Shown in pieces: positions 10,992 to 19,335 of a stretch of DNA of 64,000 nt. The stretch comes from an uncultured Chloroflexia bacterium (GTDB taxonomy: Bacteria; Chloroflexota; Limnocylindria; Limnocylindrales; CSP1-4). The number at the start of each line of letters is the position of its first letter. The stretch's first letter is position 1. A program made the translations under genes and the position numbers. The notes beneath the pieces are model-generated. The model saw nothing but the letters and a program-made list of their open reading frames with translations. It made no database searches and was not told where the DNA came from. The stretch covers positions 344,391 through 408,390 of the forward strand of contig CAWJHK010000006.1 of the NCBI GenBank assembly GCA_963842695.1, written 5' to 3'.

Positions 10992-11851
10992 CGAACCTCG
11001 ACAAGCCCCTGTTCGAGGCCGACCCACCGGTCACCAAGCGCGAGCTCATCCGCTACTTCGCCCGGATCGCCCCGACGATGCTGCCGCACCTCCACGACCG
11101 GCCGCTCAACCTGCAGCGCTTCCCGAACGGCGCCGCGGCACAGGGCTTCTGGCAGAAGGACATCCCGTCGACCGCCCCGGGCTGGCTCACCCGCTGGCAC
11201 GAGACCGGGGTCGACGGCCGCGAGGACCGGCAGGCCAACGACCACCTGCTGGCCGACCGGGCGGCGACCCTGACCTGGCTCGGCAACCAGGCGAGCTTCG
11301 AGATCCACGCCTGGACCGGCAAGCTGCCCGATCCATGGCGGCCGACGTTCGCCTACATCGACATCGACCCCGGCGACAGCACGACCTGGGACGAGACCCT
11401 CGTCCTGGCGCGTCTGTACCGGACGGCCCTCGGCCACCTCGGCGTCCGCGGCTACCCCAAGACGACCGGCAAGCGCGGGATCCAGATCTGGATCCCGATC
11501 GTGCCCCGCTACGGCTTCGACGAGACGAGCGCCTGGGTCGAGCGGGTGTCGAGGGCCGTCGGCTCGACCGTGCCGGACCTGATCTCGTGGGAGTGGGCCA
11601 AGGGGGCCCGCAAGGGCAGAGCCAGGCTCGACTACACGCAGAACGCCAGCATCAAGACCCTCGTCGCGCCGTACTCGGTGCGGCCGGCGGCCGGGGCACC
11701 CGTCTCGGCGCCGATCGACTGGGACGAGCTCGACGACCCCGAGCTGCGACCCGACCGGTGGACGATCAGGACGATCGTCGAGCGGGTCGGAGCGGTCGGC
11801 GACCTGTTCGCCGCGGCTCAGACCGACGCCCAGGAGCTGCCGACCGTCTAA
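10808..11851 (+). CDS. ligD: LigD polymerase/primase domain protein (separate gene, or the C-terminal domain of a fused LigD)
   Basis: The product reads ...LKLTNLDKPLF...TKRELIRYFARIAP.MLPHL.DRPL.LQRFPNG...FAYIDIDPGD...PKTTGKRGIQIWIP...RLDYTQN... The ATG at 10808 lies inside the tail of the ligase-frame ORF. Confidence 0.85.
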   Translation: MPRSASKAAKVAKVSASATAGKPSASETPEHPWTVTDEELAALDGLDKEGVWRVGGNDLKLTNLDKPLFEADPPVTKRELIRYFARIAPTMLPHLHDRPLNLQRFPNGAAAQGFWQKDIPSTAPGWLTRWHETGVDGREDRQANDHLLADRAATLTWLGNQASFEIHAWTGKLPDPWRPTFAYIDIDPGDSTTWDETLVLARLYRTALGHLGVRGYPKTTGKRGIQIWIPIVPRYGFDETSAWVERVSRAVGSTVPDLISWEWAKGARKGRARLDYTQNASIKTLVAPYSVRPAAGAPVSAPIDWDELDDPELRPDRWTIRTIVERVGAVGDLFAAAQTDAQELPTV

Positions 11852-11933
11852 ACGTCGTCAGGTGGGACCACGGCGATCCGCGACAGGCGCCGCGGCGCCG
11901 CGCCTGCCGCCCGGGCCCGTGTCAGGATGGGCC

Positions 11934-13172
11934 ATGGACGACTCTTCGATCCGGCTGCGGCAGCCAGACGCCGATACCCTCGAGGCCTGGATCCGGCCAG
12001 GCCTGGCGGCATTCGGCGAGATCCTCGTCCCGGCCGAGCTCGACTACGACCGCCATCAGCTCGAGCTCGATCGACTGATCGGCGCCATGGACGGCGACCG
12101 TTGGGTGTCGACCGGGGGTGCGTTCTCGTTCCGGCTCACGGTGCCCGGCGGCGCCGAGGTGGGGGCGGCGGGCATCACCTACATCGCTGTCGCCCCGAGC
12201 CATCGGCGGCGCGGGATCCTGCGCCTGATGATGGCCTGGCTGTGCGACCAGGCCGTCGAGCGCGGCGAGCCCGTGGCGATCCTGTGGGCATCGGAATCGG
12301 CCATCTATCAGCGCTTCGGCTACGGGATGGCGACCCTCCAGACCTCCTTCGACATCGAGCCGTCCCGTGTCCGCTTCGTCCGCCAGGTCGAGCCAGTCGG
12401 CCGGATCAGACTGGTCGATCGCGACGAGGCGATGGGCCTCATCCCGCCGATCTATGAAGCGCGCCGATCCGGCATCCCCGGGGCGGTCAGCCGGCACGAC
12501 GCCAAGTGGCGGCACCAGCTGCTCGACGACCAGGAGTGGATGCAGCGCGGCAACGGCCCGAAGTTCATGGCCGTCCTCGAGGTCGACGGCGAGGTCCGCG
12601 GCTATGCCATCTACCGTGTCAAGAGCGAATGGGACGACCGCGGTCCGAACAATACGATCCTCGCGCTCGAGGTCCTCGGCCTCGACCACCCGGCGGAGCG
12701 GACGATCTGGCAGTGGCTCAGCGAGCTCGACCTGGCCGGTCACATCACGGCCTCGCGCGGCCCGTTGCCGCACCCGCTGTTCCTCGAGCTGACCGAGCCG
12801 CGGCGGATGAGCCTGACCGTCCGCGAGGGGCTCTGGCTCCGGTTGCTCGACATGCCCGCCGCGCTCCGGGCTCGCGGCTATGACACGGCCGGCTCGGTCA
12901 CGTTCGAGCTCACGGACACGTTCCGTCCGGCCAACGCCGGCCGCTGGCGACTCACCGCCGGCGATGCTGGATCGACGTCGGTCGAAGCCTTCGATGGCGA
13001 CCCCGACCTGGCGCTCGACACGAGCGATCTCGCGTCGGTCTACCTCGGCGCCTTCCGCTTTGCCGACCTGGCCAATGCCGGGCGGGTGAGGGAGTGCCGC
13101 CCGGGTGCCATCGCCGTGGCCGACCGGTTGTTCGCGAGCACCACGCCACCGTGGTGCTCGACGATGTTCTGA
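11934..13172 (+). CDS. Eis-like GNAT acetyltransferase (GNAT + SCP2-like domains)
   Basis: The product starts at the internal ATG (MDDSSIRLRQ...). It contains the GNAT motif VAPSHRRRGILRLMM and ends in ...PPWCSTMF, a C-terminal Phe as in the Eis family. CAGGAT lies about 5 nt upstream of the ATG. Confidence 0.8.
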   Translation: MDDSSIRLRQPDADTLEAWIRPGLAAFGEILVPAELDYDRHQLELDRLIGAMDGDRWVSTGGAFSFRLTVPGGAEVGAAGITYIAVAPSHRRRGILRLMMAWLCDQAVERGEPVAILWASESAIYQRFGYGMATLQTSFDIEPSRVRFVRQVEPVGRIRLVDRDEAMGLIPPIYEARRSGIPGAVSRHDAKWRHQLLDDQEWMQRGNGPKFMAVLEVDGEVRGYAIYRVKSEWDDRGPNNTILALEVLGLDHPAERTIWQWLSELDLAGHITASRGPLPHPLFLELTEPRRMSLTVREGLWLRLLDMPAALRARGYDTAGSVTFELTDTFRPANAGRWRLTAGDAGSTSVEAFDGDPDLALDTSDLASVYLGAFRFADLANAGRVRECRPGAIAVADRLFASTTPPWCSTMF

Positions 13173-13181
13173 CGGCGACCG

Positions 13182-13799
13182 TCAGCCGAGGGCGATCAGG
13201 CCCGAGAGTGGCTCGCCGGTCGACTGCCGCACCCCGCCAGCGTCGACCGTCAGCGTGACGTCATCGCGGCCGGGCCAGTTCGGGTCGTAGATCCGGAGGG
13301 TGACGCCGCCGTCATCGACCGCGTACGCCCAGGCGAGGACCTGGTGGCTCTCGGTCATCGCCCAGGGGCTCGGGCCGTGATGGCGGATGAGCCCGACGAG
13401 CGGCAGCCGCCCACGGTCGATGTCGCGGCGGATCCGGGGCCAGGCGCGCGTCCGCGTGTGGCGCAGAGCCCGCTCCGTCCCGCCGGCACCCATCCACCAG
13501 AACCGCAGCGACGTCCGGAACCAGTCGAGCGACCGGACCTGTGAACGCACGATGGCCCGGAAGAGGGGCGAACCGTTGACCGGTGCGTTCGGATCGGGCG
13601 GGATCGGCCGGCCGGCCTCGAACCATTCGCGCACGAGCCATGCCATCCCGCCGCACAGACCGGCGGCCGCATCGCCGATGCCGATCCAGCGCGGGTCGAG
13701 CGGCCCGATCCGGAGGGTCGGTCCGGGCTCGAACCGGTTGGCGAACCGCAGACCGTGCCGGCTCGGCAGGAAGTCGGCGACCGTGTTCGCGTCGGGCAT
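13182..13799 (-). CDS. hypothetical cytoplasmic protein with papain-like Cys/His motifs
   Basis: The product starts at MPDANTVADF... It has GLCGGMAWLV (candidate nucleophile Cys) and ESHQVLAWAY...RIYDPNWP (His plus Asp/Asn). There is no signal peptide. It lies directly downstream of the ECF sigma gene. Confidence 0.5.
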   Translation of the reverse strand: MPDANTVADFLPSRHGLRFANRFEPGPTLRIGPLDPRWIGIGDAAAGLCGGMAWLVREWFEAGRPIPPDPNAPVNGSPLFRAIVRSQVRSLDWFRTSLRFWWMGAGGTERALRHTRTRAWPRIRRDIDRGRLPLVGLIRHHGPSPWAMTESHQVLAWAYAVDDGGVTLRIYDPNWPGRDDVTLTVDAGGVRQSTGEPLSGLIALG

Positions 13800-13864
13800 C
13801 GGCGCGAGGGTACCGCAGGGTGCGTCCGTCCGCGCCGAGCCGGTCGATCGGAAGCCGCGCGAGC

Positions 13865-14521
13865 CTAGCTGAGCAGGTCGGGTTGCTCGAGGAGCTGGCG
13901 AAGCTTCCGACGCGACCGGCACAGCATCGTCCGCGTGGCGGGCTCGGACCGGCCGATGGCCGCCGCAGCCTCGCGGCCGCTGAACCCCTGGGCAGCCATC
14001 AGCAGGCCGACGCGAGCGTCGCGCGGTAGCGTCGCGAGGGCCGACACGAGGCCCCGGTGCGCCTCGCGCCCGATCGTCACCTTCTCGGGCGTGTCGGTCG
14101 CGACATCGGTCCGGGCGATCGCCGTCAGCCAGCGGCCGGCCACGGTCTGGCGTCGACCGCGCGAGACGACAAGGTTGCCCGAGACGCGGTACAGCCAGGC
14201 CCGGACGTTGTCGGGTCGGCGGCCGTCCCCGATCTCACACAGGAGCCGGAAGAACGTTTCCTGGGTGACATCCTCGGCCGCCTCGGTGCTCCGTGTGCCG
14301 TGGAGCGCGAACGAGAAGATCTCGCGGTTGTGATCGGCAAAGGCGTCGGCCACGGCAGCCTGCACGGTTCGCGCGTCCGGCCGAGCGGCAGGAGCATGGA
14401 AGATGACGCGAGGCTCGAGAGGGGACACCCGCTCGGCTGGCGGTTGCGATCCGCGACTCGGATCGACGTCGTCAGGCTCGCCTCGCCACTCCATGACGGC
14501 AGTCTCGATGCGCAACGTCAT
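13865..14521 (-). CDS. ECF-type RNA polymerase sigma-70 family factor
   Basis: Region 2 reads FADHNREIFSFALHGTRSTEAAEDVTQETFFRLL. Region 4 has the HTH LPRDARVGLLMAAQGFSGREAAAAIGRSEPATRTMLCRSRRKL. The start is uncertain (ATG 14521 or 14494). Confidence 0.8.
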   Translation of the reverse strand: MTLRIETAVMEWRGEPDDVDPSRGSQPPAERVSPLEPRVIFHAPAARPDARTVQAAVADAFADHNREIFSFALHGTRSTEAAEDVTQETFFRLLCEIGDGRRPDNVRAWLYRVSGNLVVSRGRRQTVAGRWLTAIARTDVATDTPEKVTIGREAHRGLVSALATLPRDARVGLLMAAQGFSGREAAAAIGRSEPATRTMLCRSRRKLRQLLEQPDLLS

Positions 14522-14617
14522 CGCGGCGTCTCGTTCCACGCGGATGACGCACGACCGGTGTTCGGGACGAGCGCGGGCGCCGTGTGACCGCCCGTCACAT
14601 GGCGCTCCGGCCGCGGC

Positions 14618-14623
14618 TACCAT
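14618..14623 (+). promoter_or_regulatory. -10 box TACCAT(CG), 8 nt before ATG 14632 (leaderless candidate)
   Basis: The sequence is ggcTACCATcgaccgcgATG. Confidence 0.45.
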
Positions 14624-14631
14624 CGACCGCG

Positions 14632-15114
14632 ATGGCTGTTCGCACCAGCGCCGGGGTCCTCCTCTACCGGCGCCGCGGTCCCGGACCGGACGGGCTCGAG
14701 GTCCTGCTCGCCCATCCCGGTGGCCCCTACTTTGCCAAGCGCGACATGGGCGACTGGACGATCCCCAAGGGCGAGCCTGAGGGGAGCGCCGAGACGCTCG
14801 TCGACGTCGCGCTGCGCGAGTTCGAGGAGGAGACGGGGACGGCGCTGGAGCGTGGCTCGCCGTCGATCGAGCTCGGGACGATCGTCCAGAAGGGGGGAAA
14901 GGTCGTCCACGGCTGGGCCATCGAGGGCGACCTCGACCCGGCCGACGCAAGCTCCAACACGATCGAGCTGGAGTGGCCGCCGCGATCCGGCCACCGACGG
15001 ACGTTCCCGGAGATCGATCGTGTCGCCTGGTTCGAACCGGGAGAGGCCCGCCGCAGGATCAAGCCCACGCAGATCCCGTTCATCGAACGGCTCGAGGAGG
15101 CGCTGGCTCGCTGA
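14632..15114 (+). CDS. NUDIX hydrolase
   Basis: The product reads MAVRTSAGVLLYRR...WTIPKGEPEGSAETLVDVALREFEEETG..., which contains a Nudix box. Confidence 0.8.
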   Translation: MAVRTSAGVLLYRRRGPGPDGLEVLLAHPGGPYFAKRDMGDWTIPKGEPEGSAETLVDVALREFEEETGTALERGSPSIELGTIVQKGGKVVHGWAIEGDLDPADASSNTIELEWPPRSGHRRTFPEIDRVAWFEPGEARRRIKPTQIPFIERLEEALAR

Positions 15115-15133
15115 CCGGCGAGCGGAGGTCCGT

Positions 15134-17115
15134 CTACTTCGCGGCGACCACCGACACGCGAACGAGCGTCGGATCGGCGCCCGAGGCCACCAGCGATCCG
15201 TCGTCGGGATTGACGATGTCGAGCACCAGCAGGTAGTCGCCAGCGGCGGACGGCGTCGAGAGGTCCAGCCAGGCGTCGACCGACTTGCCCGGGGCGAGTC
15301 CGATCGGCAGGTCCGTCGCTGCCCCCTGCGACGCGTCGGCCGGCAGCGTGACCCCGGTCGTGAGCGGTACCCACCGAGCGGTCACTGCCGCGGGCGCCGC
15401 CGGAACCCCGTGGAGCCCGTCCGCGGTGGCCTTGATCGCGGCGTGGCCCCAGGCCTTGCGGCCGAGATTGACCACGCGGACGCCGAGGCCGGCCTCGCCT
15501 CCCGCGGTCAGCGTTGCGGTAGGGGCGACGACGATCGCGCCGTCGAAGGCGCCGGTCACGCGGACGATCTGGGAGGGCAGCATCGCCTGGGTCGCGGCAT
15601 CGTAGGCGACGCCTTCCGAGTCGTGCAGGGTGACGGTGAGCCGGTAGCGGCCGGGTGCGGTCGGCAGCGTGACCGGGACGAGCAGGTCCTTCTTGGTCAC
15701 CTTGACCGCGACAGGTGCCACGACGTCGCCCGCCTGTTCGGGGACCACGAGGTCGACCTCATCGGTCGGCGGGTCGATCCACTCCTTGCCACGCGGGGCG
15801 GTCACGGTCGCCTCCGCCGCGGCCGCATCGCCCGAGTCCAGGCGCTCGGCGCCGGGATCCGCGGCGGCGGCAGGCTTGCTCGCGTTCGGGGTCGCGGCCG
15901 GCCCGGCGGCCGCAGCTGCCGCACTCGGGCTTGCCGCGCTCGGGCTTGCCGCGCTCGTGGCTGCCGGAGCGGCCGCCGTCCAGCGGGATCCGCCCCGGGC
16001 GCTGCCGTGGGTGGTGTCGCCGCGGCCGGTGCCGCCGGGTCGGCCGCCGGGGCCGTCCCGCCGCCCGCCGCTTCCGTGGCCGGGTCGACCGGCACGATGG
16101 CGACGTCGATCGGATCCCAGCGCACGCTCGCCTGGATGCCCTTCGGCAGGGCCTTGCGGTCCGTGATCTTGTAGGCCACATGCAGGTCCGTCCTGGTGGC
16201 CGCCCCGGGCAGGGCCGCGAACGTCGGTGCCGTCACGGTCATCGCAGCCGTGGCGAGCGTCGGCACCTCGGGAACCAGCGTTTCGGAAGCGCCCCGCGCG
16301 GAGCCCGCGGCACCGGCGAGGACATCCTTCGGCGCCAGGCCGGCCTTCATCACGATCGAGCGGGTGAAGCCGGCGCCGGCCGTCTCGGGATCCATCTGGG
16401 CGATGTATCCGCGGCTCCGAGTGCTGGCGAAGGCGAAGCGATGGCCATTGGCGCTCGGGCTGCGCTGCCACGCGGCCTGGACCGAGCCGGTCCCGGCCAG
16501 GATCGACCGGACGAAGTAGGAGGGGCTCGACCAGGCCTCGGCGATGACCGCGGAGGCGCCGGCGCGGATGAACCCGGCCGCGTAGTTGTCGACGCGCTGG
16601 CGGGCCTGGTCGAGGGTGCCCTCCGGCAGCCCCGGCTCGCTGTTGCCGCTCGCATAGCAGAGATGGTTGAGCAGCACGATCGCGTTCTTCGCCAGCTTGA
16701 TGTCCGACCCGACCAGCTCCTCGCCGAAGTACTGGTGCGTGGCGTCGTCGCCGCCGGGTGCCGGGTTCAGGCCGAACCCGTTCTGGGAGGGCGGATACAG
16801 CGCGTCGCGATAGGGGCTCGGCCAGCCGTTGCCGTGGCCCATGTACACGACCAGGGATGCACCATTCGTCGCGTCGCGGACCGCGGGCCACGTCGCATCC
16901 GGGGAATACAGCTCGACGACGTCCGGCGTGTAGTGCCGCGCGATCGAGGCCGCCGCCCTGGCCTGGGCCCGATAGCCGTCCGTCGCCGCACCCGCCGGCC
17001 CGACGATGAACACGACCTTCGGCACGGCCTTCGGCGGGCGACGCGGCGAACGCAGCCGGCGCGCAAAGGCCGACAACGACCAGAGCCGCGATCAGGGCCG
17101 CGCCGAACCGTCGCA
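15134..17115 (-). pseudogene. secreted protein with a caspase-fold-like His/Cys dyad domain and two C-terminal Ig-like repeats; at least 2 frame breaks
   Basis: GTG 17115 follows GGAGGGTGG. The signal peptide is VRRFGAALIAALVVVGLCAPAAFAA. The main domain reads ...VVFIVGPAG...LVVYMGHGNGW...IVLLNHLCYASGNSE... The C-terminus has two similar beta-rich repeats (...GRYRLTVTLHD... and ...GDYLLVLDIVNPDDG...). The breaks are near 17040 and 15990. The fold call rests on motifs only. Confidence 0.55.
15917..15965. repeat. 15-bp tandem repeat, about 3.2 copies (tgccgcRctcgggct), in a low-complexity linker
   Basis: The units are at 15917-15931, 15932-15946 and 15947-15961, plus a partial fourth copy. On the minus strand they encode AASPSAASPSAA in the Ala/Pro/Ser linker of the secreted protein. 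Confidence 0.7.
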
Positions 17116-17145
17116 CGATGAAGCCACCCTCCACGTGGGGAACAG

Positions 17146-17151
17146 AATGGT
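17146..17151 (-). promoter_or_regulatory. -10 box TACCAT, 30 nt upstream of GTG 17115
   Basis: The minus strand reads aagTACCATtctgttccccacgtGGAGGGtggcttcatcGTG. Confidence 0.4.
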
Positions 17152-17215
17152 ACTTCGGTCGAGTTTTGTGCACCATACTTGGTAGGCGTCTACCGGGCGT
17201 TATTCGGTTCACTTT

Positions 17216-17231
17216 GGTGCGTCGACGCACC
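17216..17231. promoter_or_regulatory. perfect 16-bp palindrome GGTGCGTCGACGCACC (candidate operator)
   Basis: It lies in the comparatively AT-rich divergent region 17116-17250 and ends 7 nt before the TACCAT -10 of the thioredoxin-domain gene. The same half-sites occur at 5540 and 36130. Confidence 0.5.
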
Positions 17232-17238
17232 GAATCTG

Positions 17239-17244
17239 TACCAT
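17239..17244 (+). promoter_or_regulatory. -10 box TACCAT(CG), 6 nt before ATG 17251 (leaderless candidate)
   Basis: The sequence is ctgTACCATcgggcgATG. Confidence 0.45.
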
Positions 17245-17250
17245 CGGGCG

Positions 17251-19329
17251 ATGCCCAACCGCCTCGCCGGGGAGACCAGCCCCTACCTCCTCCAGCACGC
17301 GAACAACCCCGTCGACTGGTTCCCATGGGGTCCTGACGCGCTCGCGCGGGCAACGTTGCTGGACCGGCCGATCTTCCTCAGCATCGGCTACGCGGCCTGC
17401 CATTGGTGTCACGTGATGGAACGCGAGTCGTTCGAGCACGAGCCGACGGCCAGGTTGCTCAACGACCGGTTCGTCTCGATCAAGGTCGATCGCGAGGAGC
17501 GCCCGGACCTCGACCAGGTCTACATGGGCGCCGTCCAGGCCATGACCGGCGGCGGCGGCTGGCCGATGTCGGTCTTCCTGACGCCCGACGGACGGCCGTT
17601 CTACGGCGGCACGTACTTCCCGGACGAGCCGCGCCACGGCATGCCGTCGTTCCGGCAGGTCCTCGAGGGCGTCGACCGCGCGTGGCGCGAGGAGCGCGAC
17701 CAGGTCGAGGCGGCCGGGGGGCGGCTGGTCCAGGCGCTCGCCGACCAGGCGCGGCTCGACGGCGGACGGGCCGAACCGACGCCGGAGCTGCTGGCGGCGG
17801 CCGAGGGCGCGATCGAGGCATCGTTCGACGGTGCGAACGGCGGCTGGGGCGGCGCGCCCAAGTTCCCCCAGCCGATGACGATCGAGTACCTGCTGCGACG
17901 TCACCATGCGACCGGCGATCCTCGGGCGCTGCACGTCGCGCGGCGATCGCTCGACGCGATGGCCGACGGCGGGCTGCGCGACCAGCTCGGTGGCGGCTTC
18001 CATCGCTACTCGACCGACACCCACTGGCTCGTTCCCCATTTCGAGCAGATGCTCTACGACAATGCCCAGCTCGCGCGGGTGTACGTCCATGCCTGGGCGG
18101 TCACCGGCGACGATCGGTATCGCGACGTCGCGACCGGGACGCTCGACTACGTCCTCCGCGAGCTGACGACCGATGACGGCGCCTTCGCCGCCAGCCAGGA
18201 TGCCGACACCGACGGCATCGAGGGCCTGACCTTCACCTGGCGTGCGCCCGAGATCCGCGATGTCCTGGGCGACGAGGCAGCGCTGTTCGAAGCCGCCTAC
18301 GGCGTGACCGACGACGGCAACTGGGAGGGCGTCACGATCCTGTCGCGGGTCGTCGGCGACGGCGAGCTCGCCGGCCGGTTCGGCATCGAGCCCGGAGAGG
18401 TCGCACGGCAGCTGGCGGCCGCCCGGTCGCGGCTCCTGGAACGCCGGGCCGGACGCCCGCAGCCGGCGCGCGACGGCAAGGCGCTCGCGTCGTGGAACGG
18501 GCTGGCGATCGGCGCGTTCGCGGACGCGGCCGCCGCACTCGAGTCGTCGGAGCGGGCGTCGGCCGACCGTTACCGTGCCGCTGCCGAGCGGGCGGCCGGG
18601 ACGATCGTCGACGGCCTCCTCGGCGATGAGGGCCGCCTGGCGCGATCGTGGAAGGACGGCCGGGCCGTCGGCGGCGGGGTCCTCGAGGATCACGCCCACC
18701 TGGCCGACGGCCTGCTCGCGCTGTACGAGCTGACCGGCGAGGAGCGGTGGTTCATCGTCGCCCGCCGGCTGCTGGATCGGGTCCTCGCCGCGTTCGCCGA
18801 CCCGGACGGGGGCTTCTACGACACGGCAGACGACCACGAGCGGCTCGTCACCCGGCCCAAGGACGTCCAGGACAATGCCGTCCCGTCCGGCAACGCCATG
18901 GCCGCCCGGGTCCTGATCCGGCTCGCCGCCTGGACGGGAGAGGGTGCCTATCGGGACGCGGCGGAGGCGGCGATCCGGACGATCGTGCCGTTCGTCGCCC
19001 GCTACCCGACCGGCTTCGCGCAGTGGCTGTCCGCCATCGATCTCGCACTCGCGCCATTGGTCGAGGTCGCCATCGTCGGTGAGCCGGACGCCGCGGCGAC
19101 GGCCGCGCTGGTCGCCGAGGCGCGGCGCGGATACCGCCCCAACCAGGTCCTCGCCCGAGCGCCGGATGCAGGGTCGGCCGCGGACAGCGCTGTACCGCTG
19201 CTCCACGACCGGACGACGATCGACGGCCGGCCGGCGGCGTACGTCTGTCACGGGTTCGCCTGCCGGCTGCCGGTCTCCGACCCGGCGGCGCTGGCCGCCG
19301 AGATCGAGGCTGTCGCGACCGGTGCCTGA
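17251..19329 (+). CDS. thioredoxin-domain protein (DUF255 / YyaL-like, N-acylglucosamine-epimerase-like C-terminal domain)
   Basis: The product reads [31 protein letters not shown]......[25 protein letters not shown]... The 2.1-kb frame is intact. Confidence 0.85.
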   Translation: MPNRLAGETSPYLLQHANNPVDWFPWGPDALARATLLDRPIFLSIGYAACHWCHVMERESFEHEPTARLLNDRFVSIKVDREERPDLDQVYMGAVQAMTGGGGWPMSVFLTPDGRPFYGGTYFPDEPRHGMPSFRQVLEGVDRAWREERDQVEAAGGRLVQALADQARLDGGRAEPTPELLAAAEGAIEASFDGANGGWGGAPKFPQPMTIEYLLRRHHATGDPRALHVARRSLDAMADGGLRDQLGGGFHRYSTDTHWLVPHFEQMLYDNAQLARVYVHAWAVTGDDRYRDVATGTLDYVLRELTTDDGAFAASQDADTDGIEGLTFTWRAPEIRDVLGDEAALFEAAYGVTDDGNWEGVTILSRVVGDGELAGRFGIEPGEVARQLAAARSRLLERRAGRPQPARDGKALASWNGLAIGAFADAAAALESSERASADRYRAAAERAAGTIVDGLLGDEGRLARSWKDGRAVGGGVLEDHAHLADGLLALYELTGEERWFIVARRLLDRVLAAFADPDGGFYDTADDHERLVTRPKDVQDNAVPSGNAMAARVLIRLAAWTGEGAYRDAAEAAIRTIVPFVARYPTGFAQWLSAIDLALAPLVEVAIVGEPDAAATAALVAEARRGYRPNQVLARAPDAGSAADSAVPLLHDRTTIDGRPAAYVCHGFACRLPVSDPAALAAEIEAVATGA

Positions 19330-19335
19330 CCACCG

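Noticed and set aside
10726-12078. 450-aa plus-strand ORF overlapping the LigD Pol domain and the start of the Eis-like gene
   Set aside because: It is out of frame with the strongly supported Pol-domain ORF, and its translation is Arg/Pro-rich.
13170-13184. Palindrome TGACGG-cga-CCGTCA formed by the two convergent stop codons (Eis-like gene and the hypothetical gene)
   Set aside because: The stem is only 6 bp, with no flanking structure. It is probably a coincidence of two TGA stops 9 nt apart and is too weak to call a terminator.
15917-15965. Tandem repeat considered as a CRISPR or minisatellite locus
   Set aside because: It has only about 3 contiguous 15-bp units without spacers, inside a coding low-complexity linker. 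It is not a CRISPR array.
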